From an uncultured Bacteroidota bacterium (lineage in GTDB: Bacteria; Bacteroidota; Bacteroidia; Flavobacteriales; Flavobacteriaceae), in the NCBI GenBank assembly GCA_913060705.1, contig CAJXTX010000004.1, positions 7,320 through 71,319 on the forward strand: DNA of 64,000 nt, read 5' to 3'. Positions 56,064-64,000 of the stretch are shown here, piece by piece. Under the pieces are notes generated by a model. The model saw only the letters and a program-made list of their open reading frames with translations, was not told the origin of the DNA and made no database searches. Numbering within the stretch: the first letter of the stretch is position 1; every line of letters begins with the position of its first letter. A program made the position numbers and the translations under genes.

Positions 56064-57320
56064 ATGGAAACAGCTTTATTTACTGCCAATAATATATGGA
56101 TGATGCTCTGCACAGGGCTGGTATTCTTTATGCACCTTGGGTTCTCATTTCTCGAAATAGGACTTACGCGTCAAAAAAACACCATTAACATCCTTTTCAA
56201 AAACATTTTTATCATCACCGTAGGGCTACTCCTTTATTACATTGGAGGTTTCAACCTGATGTATCCAGGCTTTGAAGAGGGCGATTTAGGCCTACTTAAG
56301 TTCGCAGGCTTCGGAATTGCAGCTCCTGATGGAGGGATGACTCCCGCCTATGCCGATGGCGGCTATACGTGGTGGACAGACTTTCTTTTTCAAGGAATGT
56401 TTGCAGCTACAGCGGCAACTATTGTTTCGGGTGCCGTCGCTGAACGGGTAAAACTTCAAGCCTTTTTCATTTTCACCATTATATACGTAGGTATCGTTTA
56501 CCCTATCGCAGGCTCTTGGCAATGGGGAGGTGGATTCCTTTCTACACTTAGCTATGGTACTGCCGAAGGTTTCTATGACTTTGCAGGCTCGACAATCGTA
56601 CACTCTGTAGGAGGATGGGCTGCATTAATTGCCGTTTACCTCTTAGGAGCTCGTGTCGGAAAGTACAATGAAGACGGATCAGCAAACGCCATCACAGGGC
56701 ACAGTATGCCCTTCACTACCGCAGGGGTGCTCATCCTTTGGTTAGGGTGGTTCGGGTTTAATGGAGGTTCAGTTTTATCGGCCGATCCGGAGCTTACTTC
56801 ACTCACTTTAGTGACCACCTCATTAGCCGCAGCTGCTGGTGGTGTCGCCGCAATGACAGTAGCCTTCTTCAGATTTAAAAACCTAGACCTCACCATGTTC
56901 TTGAACGGTATTTTAGGTGGACTTGTAAGTATTACTGCAGGAGCAGATCAAATGAGCCCCAATGAAGCGGTGATCATCGGAATCATCGGAGGTATCATTA
57001 TCGTCTTCGCCGTATCGCTTTTAGACAAACTCAAATTAGACGATCCTGTAGGAGCGATTGCCGTGCATCTCGGAACGGGTATTTGGGGAACCTTAGCCGT
57101 CGGAATTTTTGGCGGCCTAGCCTCATTCGATCAGTTCTTGGTGCAACTAGCAGGAGTAGGAGCCGTTGCTGTATTCTGCACGATTTCAGCCTTTATCATC
57201 TTAGGAGTAATGAAGGCAACTATTGGGATACGCGTTTCTAAAGAAGAAGAAGTCGAAGGTCTTGACATCCATGAGCACGGAATGGATGCCTATCCAGATT
57301 TCAGACTCAACCAACATTAA
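56064..57320 (+). CDS. amtB: Ammonium transporter (Amt family)
   Basis: It has eleven TM segments. The motifs are FYDFAGSTIVHSVGGWAAL and GAIAVHLGTGIWGTLAVG. Confidence 0.95.
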   Translation: METALFTANNIWMMLCTGLVFFMHLGFSFLEIGLTRQKNTINILFKNIFIITVGLLLYYIGGFNLMYPGFEEGDLGLLKFAGFGIAAPDGGMTPAYADGGYTWWTDFLFQGMFAATAATIVSGAVAERVKLQAFFIFTIIYVGIVYPIAGSWQWGGGFLSTLSYGTAEGFYDFAGSTIVHSVGGWAALIAVYLLGARVGKYNEDGSANAITGHSMPFTTAGVLILWLGWFGFNGGSVLSADPELTSLTLVTTSLAAAAGGVAAMTVAFFRFKNLDLTMFLNGILGGLVSITAGADQMSPNEAVIIGIIGGIIIVFAVSLLDKLKLDDPVGAIAVHLGTGIWGTLAVGIFGGLASFDQFLVQLAGVGAVAVFCTISAFIILGVMKATIGIRVSKEEEVEGLDIHEHGMDAYPDFRLNQH

Positions 57321-57331
57321 TCATCAATCTC

Positions 57332-57360
57332 AGGGCGCACTTCGGTGCGTCCTTTTTATT
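57332..57360 (+). terminator. Rho-independent terminator after amtB
   Basis: AGGGCGCAC-TTCG-GTGCGTCCT forms a 9-bp stem with one G-U pair and a UUCG-type tetraloop, followed by TTTTATT. Confidence 0.8.
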
Positions 57361-57381
57361 CACTCTTAAAACACCAACATC

Positions 57382-58377
57382 ATGAAAACAACAAAACACC
57401 TCCTAGTGGGGCTAGCACTTCTTTTGCCTTTATTTTCGGCAATTCGAGCTCAAGAAAGTCCAACCTTTAACCTTAGCGGATCGGTAGACACCTACTTCAG
57501 AACCAGCGAATACGCTCCAGGAACTTCGTTCGCAAACCTCCCCGGCTTTGCCTTAGGAATGGCCAACTTGGTATTTTCTTATGAGGGAGAGAAGTCAGGA
57601 TTTGTGGCAGATCTCGTTTACGGACCTCGAGGAGCCGAAGCTGTATTTAATTCTACCGGATCATCGAACATTGTCAACCAGCTCTATGTCTACTACAATT
57701 TGGCAGATGGTGTAACGGCTACATTCGGAAATTTCAACACTTTTTTAGGGTATGAAGTCATCTCTCCTACAGCCAACTTCAATTATTCAACCTCTTATAT
57801 GTTTTCATACGGGCCGTTCTCACACACTGGTCTAAAGCTAGACTTTACGCTCGACGATGAAATTTCTGCCATGATCGGGGTAATGAATCAAACCGATTAC
57901 ACCGATTCTAATAGTGATGGAAGCATCGCCTTTGACAGCTATATGTTTGGAGCGCAATTAGGCGTTTACGGTCAATATTTCAACCTCTTAGCAGGCGAAG
58001 GATATACCCAGGTCGATTATACCGGAGGTGTAGATCTCGGGGATAGCTTTTTCTTGGGGGTAAACGCCACTCACGCAAGCCTTGGCGGAGATAATTCATT
58101 TTCGGGTGTAGCCTTGTATCCGCAGTTAACGCTTTCTGACACCTTCGCGCTTGGGTTACGCGGAGAACTCTTTTACGATAAAGGTGCCGGAATATTGGAT
58201 GCCGATGGAGACTTTGACAACACCGGCCTCACACTCACGGGAAGCTACACCTCCGGAAACTTCACTTTCAAGCAAGAATTTAGAGTTGACAGCGGATCTT
58301 CAGCATTTTATAGCAATAGCAACGGATCTACTGATTCATTATCATCATTTATCCTAGCAGCCATTTACAGCTTCTAA
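57382..58377 (+). CDS. Outer-membrane beta-barrel porin (OmpL-like) downstream of amtB
   Basis: It has a signal peptide, alternating amphipathic G/Y/T/S-rich strands and a C-terminal aromatic residue (YSF). Confidence 0.7.
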   Translation: MKTTKHLLVGLALLLPLFSAIRAQESPTFNLSGSVDTYFRTSEYAPGTSFANLPGFALGMANLVFSYEGEKSGFVADLVYGPRGAEAVFNSTGSSNIVNQLYVYYNLADGVTATFGNFNTFLGYEVISPTANFNYSTSYMFSYGPFSHTGLKLDFTLDDEISAMIGVMNQTDYTDSNSDGSIAFDSYMFGAQLGVYGQYFNLLAGEGYTQVDYTGGVDLGDSFFLGVNATHASLGGDNSFSGVALYPQLTLSDTFALGLRGELFYDKGAGILDADGDFDNTGLTLTGSYTSGNFTFKQEFRVDSGSSAFYSNSNGSTDSLSSFILAAIYSF

Positions 58378-58388
58378 CCTACCCCATT

Positions 58389-58430
58389 CCAGGCCATCCT
58401 CAATTCTGAAGATGGTCTGGTTTACTTTAA
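58389..58430 (+). terminator. Terminator hairpin after the porin gene
   Basis: CCAGGCCATC...GATGGTCTGG forms a 10-bp stem with one G-U pair and a 12-nt loop, followed by TTTACTTTAATTT. It abuts the stop of the convergent DUF1684 gene. Confidence 0.55.
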
Positions 58431-59060
58431 TTTAAGCGGAAACTTCTTTTCTCCTGCAGTCACTTCTACACTTAGGGTATTCACGGCAGGAACGATGGCA
58501 CAGGCATACTTCGGATTATAGGCACAATACGGATTGTAAGCCTTGTTAAAATCAACCGATACCGAATCACCCAAAGGGTAGCGCAGATCAAGATAGCGAC
58601 CCCCACCGTAGGTACTCACTCCATTGGTGTCATCGCGAAATGGAAGAAAGACATAATCGTCTTCGGGTTCATAGGCTCTGTATACTTCTAAAGAAAACGA
58701 TTGACCCTTCATTTCAAAATGCAATCTGCCATAGAGCACCTCCTTTGTAGAGGTGTTTGCTGTAGTAGGCATTTCAAAGGGTTCAGCGCCAAGCACCTCT
58801 TCAAAGGCAGCTGTCACCATAAAGGTGCTATCCGGTGCAAAGAAGGATAAGGTTTCGAATACCTTGCGCTCTTTCGGACGTAACGGACTCAAGGATCCAT
58901 CCCTAAACGATTCATTCTTTTCATTCTGCCACTCATATACCTCATGTAAGACTTTAGGAACCGTGTCTAAGTCCACCTGTACCCTCTCGTGATGGTAGCG
59001 TTTTTCTGAACACCCTAGGAGTCCTACAAAAACAAGGCTAAATAGAAGTAAGCGGTGCAT
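58422..59060 (-). CDS. DUF1684 domain lipoprotein
   Basis: The signal is LVFVGLLGCSE. The DUF1684-type C-terminus is YNPYCAYNPKYACAIVPAVNTLSVEVTAGEK. The start is trimmed to the ATG at 59060. Confidence 0.75.
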   Translation of the reverse strand: MHRLLLFSLVFVGLLGCSEKRYHHERVQVDLDTVPKVLHEVYEWQNEKNESFRDGSLSPLRPKERKVFETLSFFAPDSTFMVTAAFEEVLGAEPFEMPTTANTSTKEVLYGRLHFEMKGQSFSLEVYRAYEPEDDYVFLPFRDDTNGVSTYGGGRYLDLRYPLGDSVSVDFNKAYNPYCAYNPKYACAIVPAVNTLSVEVTAGEKKFPLKLK

Positions 59061-59475
59061 CACGAATAACTTGAGAAAGCACAATATGGGTGCGCGTTTC
59101 ACCGTACGAAATTAATAAATCTATCAAGGCTTCTAAATGCCTTTGGTCTTCGAGTACGACCTCCATAATGATGTTTTCATTTCCGGTTACCCGATAACAA
59201 TTGCGTATTTCCTTGAGTGAAGGCACACGCGCCAAAAAAGGCTTGAGCATTCCAACAAAAGCCCTTAAGTGAATAATCGCGTGCAACGACTGTCCGACTT
59301 TAGACGGGTCAACTTGAGTACTATACCCTAAAATCACCCCTTGATCCTCTAAACGTCGGACGCGATCAGCAATGGCTGCAGAACTCAAACCCACTTCTTT
59401 CCCCATGGCAGTATAAGAGATGCGGGCATTCTGTTGCAACAAACGAATCAATTTGGTATCAATACGATCTAACAT
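59038..59475 (-). CDS. Lrp/AsnC family transcriptional regulator
   Basis: It has an N-terminal HTH (LDRIDTKLIRLLQQNARISYTAMGKEVGLSSAAIADRVRRLE) and a RAM/ACT-like C-terminal domain. Confidence 0.9.
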   Translation of the reverse strand: MLDRIDTKLIRLLQQNARISYTAMGKEVGLSSAAIADRVRRLEDQGVILGYSTQVDPSKVGQSLHAIIHLRAFVGMLKPFLARVPSLKEIRNCYRVTGNENIIMEVVLEDQRHLEALIDLLISYGETRTHIVLSQVIRDAPLTSI

Positions 59476-59582
59476 AAATAACTATCTATTTTTAACTAAA
59501 ATACTTTAAAATTTAACGTAATTGTATAATAAAACATTAAATATTGTATTCCCTTCTGAACTTCCTAGGGTAATTTTAACCT

Positions 59583-59957
59583 ATGCTCGTCTCAGAAAAA
59601 TTGTATAAAGAAACCCTAACACTCTGTGCTATTACAGAGCGTATAAATTTTACGCAAGAGCCTCAGCGAACTCCAAATGCACTCACTTCTGAGATCACAC
59701 ATCAACTCATTGAAGATTCTATATTGCTGAAAAACAGCATGTATTCGGCCCTTACAGAGCAGGCCTCTTTGAGCAAGCACTACAGTATACTACGATTCGC
59801 TTTGATTCTAGCGAAGAACCTCCAATCGTATATTAAAGGACTCGAGCGTGATCATTCTGTGAATAAGGAGTACCTCAAGGTGTCGAGAAGAGCGTTGCGA
59901 CTCTACAGAAGATTGCTTCTCAGCAATTACAATCAGTGGAAGGTTCAGCTCAACTGA
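59583..59957 (+). CDS. Hypothetical helical protein (124 aa)
   Basis: It is an ORF in an AT-rich stretch, divergent from the Lrp gene. No family was recognised. Its end overlaps the convergent hydrolase gene by 13 nt. Confidence 0.45.
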   Translation: MLVSEKLYKETLTLCAITERINFTQEPQRTPNALTSEITHQLIEDSILLKNSMYSALTEQASLSKHYSILRFALILAKNLQSYIKGLERDHSVNKEYLKVSRRALRLYRRLLLSNYNQWKVQLN

Positions 59958-60736
59958 GCGCGCTGTTGAAGAAATCCTAGCGCCGTCTTATTAAAAATTA
60001 AGGGCTGTTCGACGTTGACCACGTGTCCGCATTTTTTAACCACCTCAAGCGTAGCATTCGCATGATGCTTGATCAATTCTTTAATTGGAGGTAAAAACAA
60101 GTAATCTTCTTCTCCCATGACATACAAGGTCGGAATATCCACTCGCACCGAACGATAAAAACGAAGCAGCGGATTGAGGTCAGCGGTGAGTTTAAACCAC
60201 TTTAAAAACTCTTTTTGGTAGAGTTTCTTCGCCTCACGCACAAAGAGGTGACGCGATTCTTTGTGGTTCTTATTCGGCATGATAATGAATGCGAAAAAAC
60301 GGTACAACCACAGATAAGGAACCACTGATTTGAAGAGGTTACCCAATAACATCAAAAAACGCGAACGCACATCTAGCTTAACAATCGCTCCCCCCAAGAT
60401 CATCGACTGTACCCGCATAGGGTATCTATCGGCCAAATTCCGAATTAAAATAGTACCCAAGGATATCCCCACAAAATGGGAGCGCTCAATGGCAAGATGG
60501 TCTAGTACCTCAACAATGTCATCGGTAATCGAATCAAAGGTATAGCGCGAATGAAAGGCTTGAGCAAGTGGAATCTTAGAGTTTCCATGGCCCCTTAAAT
60601 CAATGAGCAACACATTGAAATGCTTCTTAAAATCTCGTATTTGCTTAAACCATATCGACGAGCTACCCCCAGCACCATGAACAAAGGTGACCCATTGGTC
60701 GGCATTCGCATCGGTATAAGTAGTGTAGTGAAGCAT
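59945..60736 (-). CDS. Alpha/beta hydrolase fold protein
   Basis: It has the HGAGGSS oxyanion region, the nucleophile elbow GISLG and a C-terminal GHVVN histidine block. Confidence 0.85.
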   Translation of the reverse strand: MLHYTTYTDANADQWVTFVHGAGGSSSIWFKQIRDFKKHFNVLLIDLRGHGNSKIPLAQAFHSRYTFDSITDDIVEVLDHLAIERSHFVGISLGTILIRNLADRYPMRVQSMILGGAIVKLDVRSRFLMLLGNLFKSVVPYLWLYRFFAFIIMPNKNHKESRHLFVREAKKLYQKEFLKWFKLTADLNPLLRFYRSVRVDIPTLYVMGEEDYLFLPPIKELIKHHANATLEVVKKCGHVVNVEQPLIFNKTALGFLQQRAQLS

Positions 60737-60739
60737 CGT

Positions 60740-61558
60740 TTAAATATAAAGTAAAGCGCGCATTTGATCGTGCAGAGAAGCGGCCTCCTTTTGGGCTGCC
60801 TGTGCAAAATCTTCTCCAGAAGAAGCGTAAATGATTCCTCGAGACGAGTTTACGAGCACTCCCACAGATTCGTTTTTAGCGGCCTGGTACGCTTCTGAAA
60901 GGGAACCTCCTTGAGCTCCAATCCCGGGCATCAAAAAGAACGCATTCGGGGCAAGTGTTCTCAAATGTTTCAACTGAGCGCTTTGTGTAGCACCCACTAC
61001 ATACATAATACGCTCACTATGAGAAAGTTCTTGCGTTTTGGCAATCACTTGATCTACCAGATGTGTCTTTGCTTGGTCAGTACTCCATTGAAAATCAAAG
61101 GCCCCCTCGTTGGAGGTAAGCGCCAAAACGATAGCAAACTTATTCGGATACGCTAAGAACGGAACCAGAGTCTCAGCGCCCATGTAAGGAGAGAGCGTAA
61201 TCGCATCGCACGTCATGGTCTCAAAAAAAGCTTTTGCATACGCCTTCGCCGTGTTTCCAATATCCCCACGCTTGGCATCCGCAATGATCAGGTGAGACGG
61301 ATGGTTCGCTTTAATGTAGGCAACCAGATCGGTTAGAGCACTCCAACCCTTCACCCCAAAGGCCTCAAAAAAAGCCGTGTTCGGCTTAAAGGCAACACAA
61401 TGCGCTGCTGTGGCGTCTACAATTGCCTTACAAAAAGTCAGTAACCCCTCTTCTTCATTTTTCAGATGCGATGGAAGACGTTCGAGAACCGGGTCAATCC
61501 CAACGCATAAAAAGGAACCCTTGTTACGAATGTGCTGTATCAAAGAAGGTGTGTCCAT
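60740..61558 (-). CDS. pyrF: Orotidine 5'-phosphate decarboxylase (long type 2)
   Basis: Motifs are LCVGIDP, FKPNTAFFE and IADAKRGDIGNT. Confidence 0.9.
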   Translation of the reverse strand: MDTPSLIQHIRNKGSFLCVGIDPVLERLPSHLKNEEEGLLTFCKAIVDATAAHCVAFKPNTAFFEAFGVKGWSALTDLVAYIKANHPSHLIIADAKRGDIGNTAKAYAKAFFETMTCDAITLSPYMGAETLVPFLAYPNKFAIVLALTSNEGAFDFQWSTDQAKTHLVDQVIAKTQELSHSERIMYVVGATQSAQLKHLRTLAPNAFFLMPGIGAQGGSLSEAYQAAKNESVGVLVNSSRGIIYASSGEDFAQAAQKEAASLHDQMRALLYI

Positions 61559-61560
61559 GC

Positions 61561-62637
61561 TTATATCGTTTCTGAAGCTTCTTTCAATTTTTCTGTATTC
61601 TCTACCAAGCGCAATTCATCAAGAATCTTCTGAATATCACCGTTGATAATTCCTTGAAGGTCATAGAGTGTCAGTCCAATTCGATGATCGGTAACGCGAC
61701 CCTGAGGGTAATTATAGGTCCGAATCTTGGCCGAACGGTCGCCCGAGCTCACCTGCGAATTACGTTTTGCCGCATCTTCTTCTTGACGCTTAGCCAATTC
61801 AAGATCATAAAGGCGTGAGCGCAATACTTTAAAAGCCTTTTCTTTATTCTTATGCTGCGACTTCTGGTCTTGACATTGAGCGACCAATCCGGTCGGAAGG
61901 TGGGTAAGACGCACCGCAGAATAGGTGGTGTTCACAGATTGTCCTCCTGGTCCTGACGAACAGAAATAATCAATTCGCACTTCTTTTGGATCAATCTCTA
62001 CATCAAAGTCTTCGGCCTCAGGAATAACCATTACGGTAGCCGCACTGGTATGAACTCTTCCCTGAGTCTCAGTTTGTGGAACGCGCTGAACGCGATGCAC
62101 CCCTGCCTCAAATTTCAGGGTTCCATACACGTCTTGACCAGTTACCTCGAAATGAATCTCTTTGTATCCCCCGCTGGTTCCTTCGTTTAAATCGATAATG
62201 TTCGTCCTCCATCCGCGCGACTCGCAATACTTGGTATACATTCTAAAAAGATCGCCAGCGAATATACTCGCCTCGTCTCCTCCTGTACCTGCACGAATCT
62301 CCATCACTACGTCTTTTTCGTCTTCTGGATCCTTAGGGATCAGTAAAAACTTGATCTCCTCTTCAAGTCCTGGGAGGGCTGATTTGGCCTCTTCTAATTG
62401 CATGCGTGCCATTTCAACCATTTCGGAGTCGTCTGATTGAGCGATGAGCTCTTCGGCTTCCGAAAGATTATTCTTCAATGACAGGTACACTTCTCGCTTT
62501 TCAACAAGCGCCTTTAAAGAGGTGTATTCTTTGTTCAATTGCACATAACGCTTTTGATCAGAGATCACATCCGGTTGTATGATGAGATCGGCGATCTCGT
62601 CGTAGCGCTGCTTGATGATATTGAGTTTATCTAACAT
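61561..62637 (-). CDS. prfA: Peptide chain release factor 1
   Basis: It has the GGQ motif [11 protein letters not shown], the PxT-type recognition loop [13 protein letters not shown] and the RF1 length. Confidence 0.95.
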   Translation of the reverse strand: MLDKLNIIKQRYDEIADLIIQPDVISDQKRYVQLNKEYTSLKALVEKREVYLSLKNNLSEAEELIAQSDDSEMVEMARMQLEEAKSALPGLEEEIKFLLIPKDPEDEKDVVMEIRAGTGGDEASIFAGDLFRMYTKYCESRGWRTNIIDLNEGTSGGYKEIHFEVTGQDVYGTLKFEAGVHRVQRVPQTETQGRVHTSAATVMVIPEAEDFDVEIDPKEVRIDYFCSSGPGGQSVNTTYSAVRLTHLPTGLVAQCQDQKSQHKNKEKAFKVLRSRLYDLELAKRQEEDAAKRNSQVSSGDRSAKIRTYNYPQGRVTDHRIGLTLYDLQGIINGDIQKILDELRLVENTEKLKEASETI

Positions 62638-62684
62638 AGAGATATGAAGTTCTATCGAATTTAAGGGTTTTCTATACTGCTACC

Positions 62685-63866
62685 CTAAAGGTATTCAAAG
62701 GTACCGTGCTCGCTTTGAATCGTAAGTTTCTTCTTGTCGCTTGATTCAACACGACCGATGATCTTAGCGGAGACTCCAAAACGCTCTGAAATAGCGATGA
62801 GTTCAGGCGCTACAGCGGCAGGCACATAGGCCTCGAGTCGATGCCCACAATTAAAGACTTTATACATTTCTTTCCAACTCGTTCCTGATTCGCGCTGAAT
62901 CGTCTGAAACAAAACAGGCACCTCAAAAAGACCGTCCTTAATGATGTGAAGTTGGTCTACAAAGTGTAATACTTTGGTCTGAGCCCCGCCACTACAGTGT
63001 ACCAGCCCATGTATCTGAGAACGGTCTACTTGATTGAATATGGCCTTAACGATAGGAGCATAAGTCCGTGTTGGCGATAATACTAACTTTCCGGCATCAA
63101 TAGGAGAACCCTCAACGGCATCCGTCAAGCCTAAACCTCCTGAGTACACAAGGTCTTCAGGTAATCCGTCGTCGAAGGTTTCAGGATACTTTTGAGCGAG
63201 ATCTTTTCCGAAGACATCGTGACGTGCAGAAGTCAATCCGTTACTTCCCATACCCCCATTGTACTCACTTTCGTAGCTCGCTTGCCCGAAAGAAGCGAAA
63301 CCGACAATCACATCTCCCGATTGAATATTGGCATTATCAATGACCTCAGAACGCTTCATTCGCGCCGTTACCGTAGAATCTACAATCACTGTTCTCACCA
63401 AATCTCCAACATCTGCCGTCTCTCCTCCGGTGGTTTGAATATTTACACCATGCGGACGCAATGATGCTACCAATTCTTCAGTGCCCTCTATAAGGGCCTT
63501 AATTACCTCTTTGGGAATCAATCGAGCGTTACGCCCTATGGTAGAAGACAGCAAGATGTGATCGGTCACTCCTACACAAATAAGGTCGTCAAGGTTCATG
63601 ACCAGGGCGTCCTGAGCAATTCCTTTCCATACAGAAAGGTCGCCGGTTTCTTTCCAATACATGTACGCTAAAGAAGACTTGGTTCCGGCTCCGTCGGCGT
63701 GCATTACGATACAGTAATCGTCATCACCAGTTAGCGAATCTTCAACGATCTTACAAAATGCCTGTGGAAACAAACCCTTATCCACATTCGAGATCGCCTC
63801 GTGCACATCTTCTTTCGAAGCTGAAACTCCTCTTTGGGCGTAGCGATTTGATTCTGAATTGGACAT
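62685..63866 (-). CDS. purM: Phosphoribosylformylglycinamidine cyclo-ligase (AIR synthase family, long Bacteroidota form)
   Basis: It has the PurM-like blocks MHADGAGTKS and DDLICVG, and the C-terminal domain HCSGGAQTK. Confidence 0.8.
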   Translation of the reverse strand: MSNSESNRYAQRGVSASKEDVHEAISNVDKGLFPQAFCKIVEDSLTGDDDYCIVMHADGAGTKSSLAYMYWKETGDLSVWKGIAQDALVMNLDDLICVGVTDHILLSSTIGRNARLIPKEVIKALIEGTEELVASLRPHGVNIQTTGGETADVGDLVRTVIVDSTVTARMKRSEVIDNANIQSGDVIVGFASFGQASYESEYNGGMGSNGLTSARHDVFGKDLAQKYPETFDDGLPEDLVYSGGLGLTDAVEGSPIDAGKLVLSPTRTYAPIVKAIFNQVDRSQIHGLVHCSGGAQTKVLHFVDQLHIIKDGLFEVPVLFQTIQRESGTSWKEMYKVFNCGHRLEAYVPAAVAPELIAISERFGVSAKIIGRVESSDKKKLTIQSEHGTFEYL

Positions 63867-63880
63867 GAAAACGGTTTGAG

Positions 63881-63888
63881 CAAAAATA
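63881..63888 (-). promoter_or_regulatory. Candidate -7 box TATTTTTG upstream of purM
   Basis: It is an exact match to TAnnTTTG on the minus strand, 14 nt upstream of the ATG. Confidence 0.4.
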
Positions 63889-64000
63889 GAACTTATGCCT
63901 TTATAAAAGAAAGGCCAAAAGGTTTATGGCATTAACGATTCAAAGTGTAGATTTTTAACAAGTTTATAATTATTTGATAACTCGAAGGTTAAGTGAGAGT

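Overview
This is a densely packed chromosomal housekeeping region with about 63 CDS, very short or overlapping gene junctions and several convergent gene pairs with no spacer. Gene content and signals point to Bacteroidota, probably Flavobacteriia. The evidence is a long-form NusB, the nusB-DUF1573-yajC and ruvX-def-DUF5606 arrangements, DUF3276, grpE-dnaJ without dnaK, long YidC, TAnnTTTG -7 promoter boxes and no obvious Shine-Dalgarno sequences. I found no rRNA, tRNA, CRISPR array, transposase, integrase or phage-like gene, and no clear-cut defence or mobile system. Most genes are core metabolism or information processing: secA, pyrG, guaA, guaB, pyrD, pyrF, purM, uvrB, sucC, lysA, dapD, prfA, dnaJ, grpE, ilvE and glnK-amtB. 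The best candidate for an uncharacterised system is a head-on pair of tightly coupled operons at about 1.3-10 kb. They encode a GT2 polyprenyl-phosphate sugar synthase, a UPF0104 flippase-like protein, two ArnT/PMT-like GT-C transferases, a PAP2 phosphatase, a MATE transporter, MazG and a small acidic protein. This looks like an envelope glycolipid, lipid A or protein glycosylation module. Other points worth a second look:
- a perfect 13-bp inverted repeat that buries the guaB start codon
- a sigma-54 activator lacking a DNA-binding domain, at the head of an operon with an M28 peptidase, a cyclophilin-FKBP fusion and a YfiT-like bacillithiol transferase
- a DnaJ with only one zinc centre
- a conserved-unknown trio: a pRiA4b-ORF3-like protein with an acidic tail, an NdpA-like protein and a kinase-fold-like protein
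- two large paralogous M14 peptidases
- TTAGGA/TCCTAA inverted repeats upstream of glnK-amtB-porin
- -7 boxes that abut start codons, which implies leaderless mRNAs
All functional calls rest on motif recognition by eye. No database search was run.
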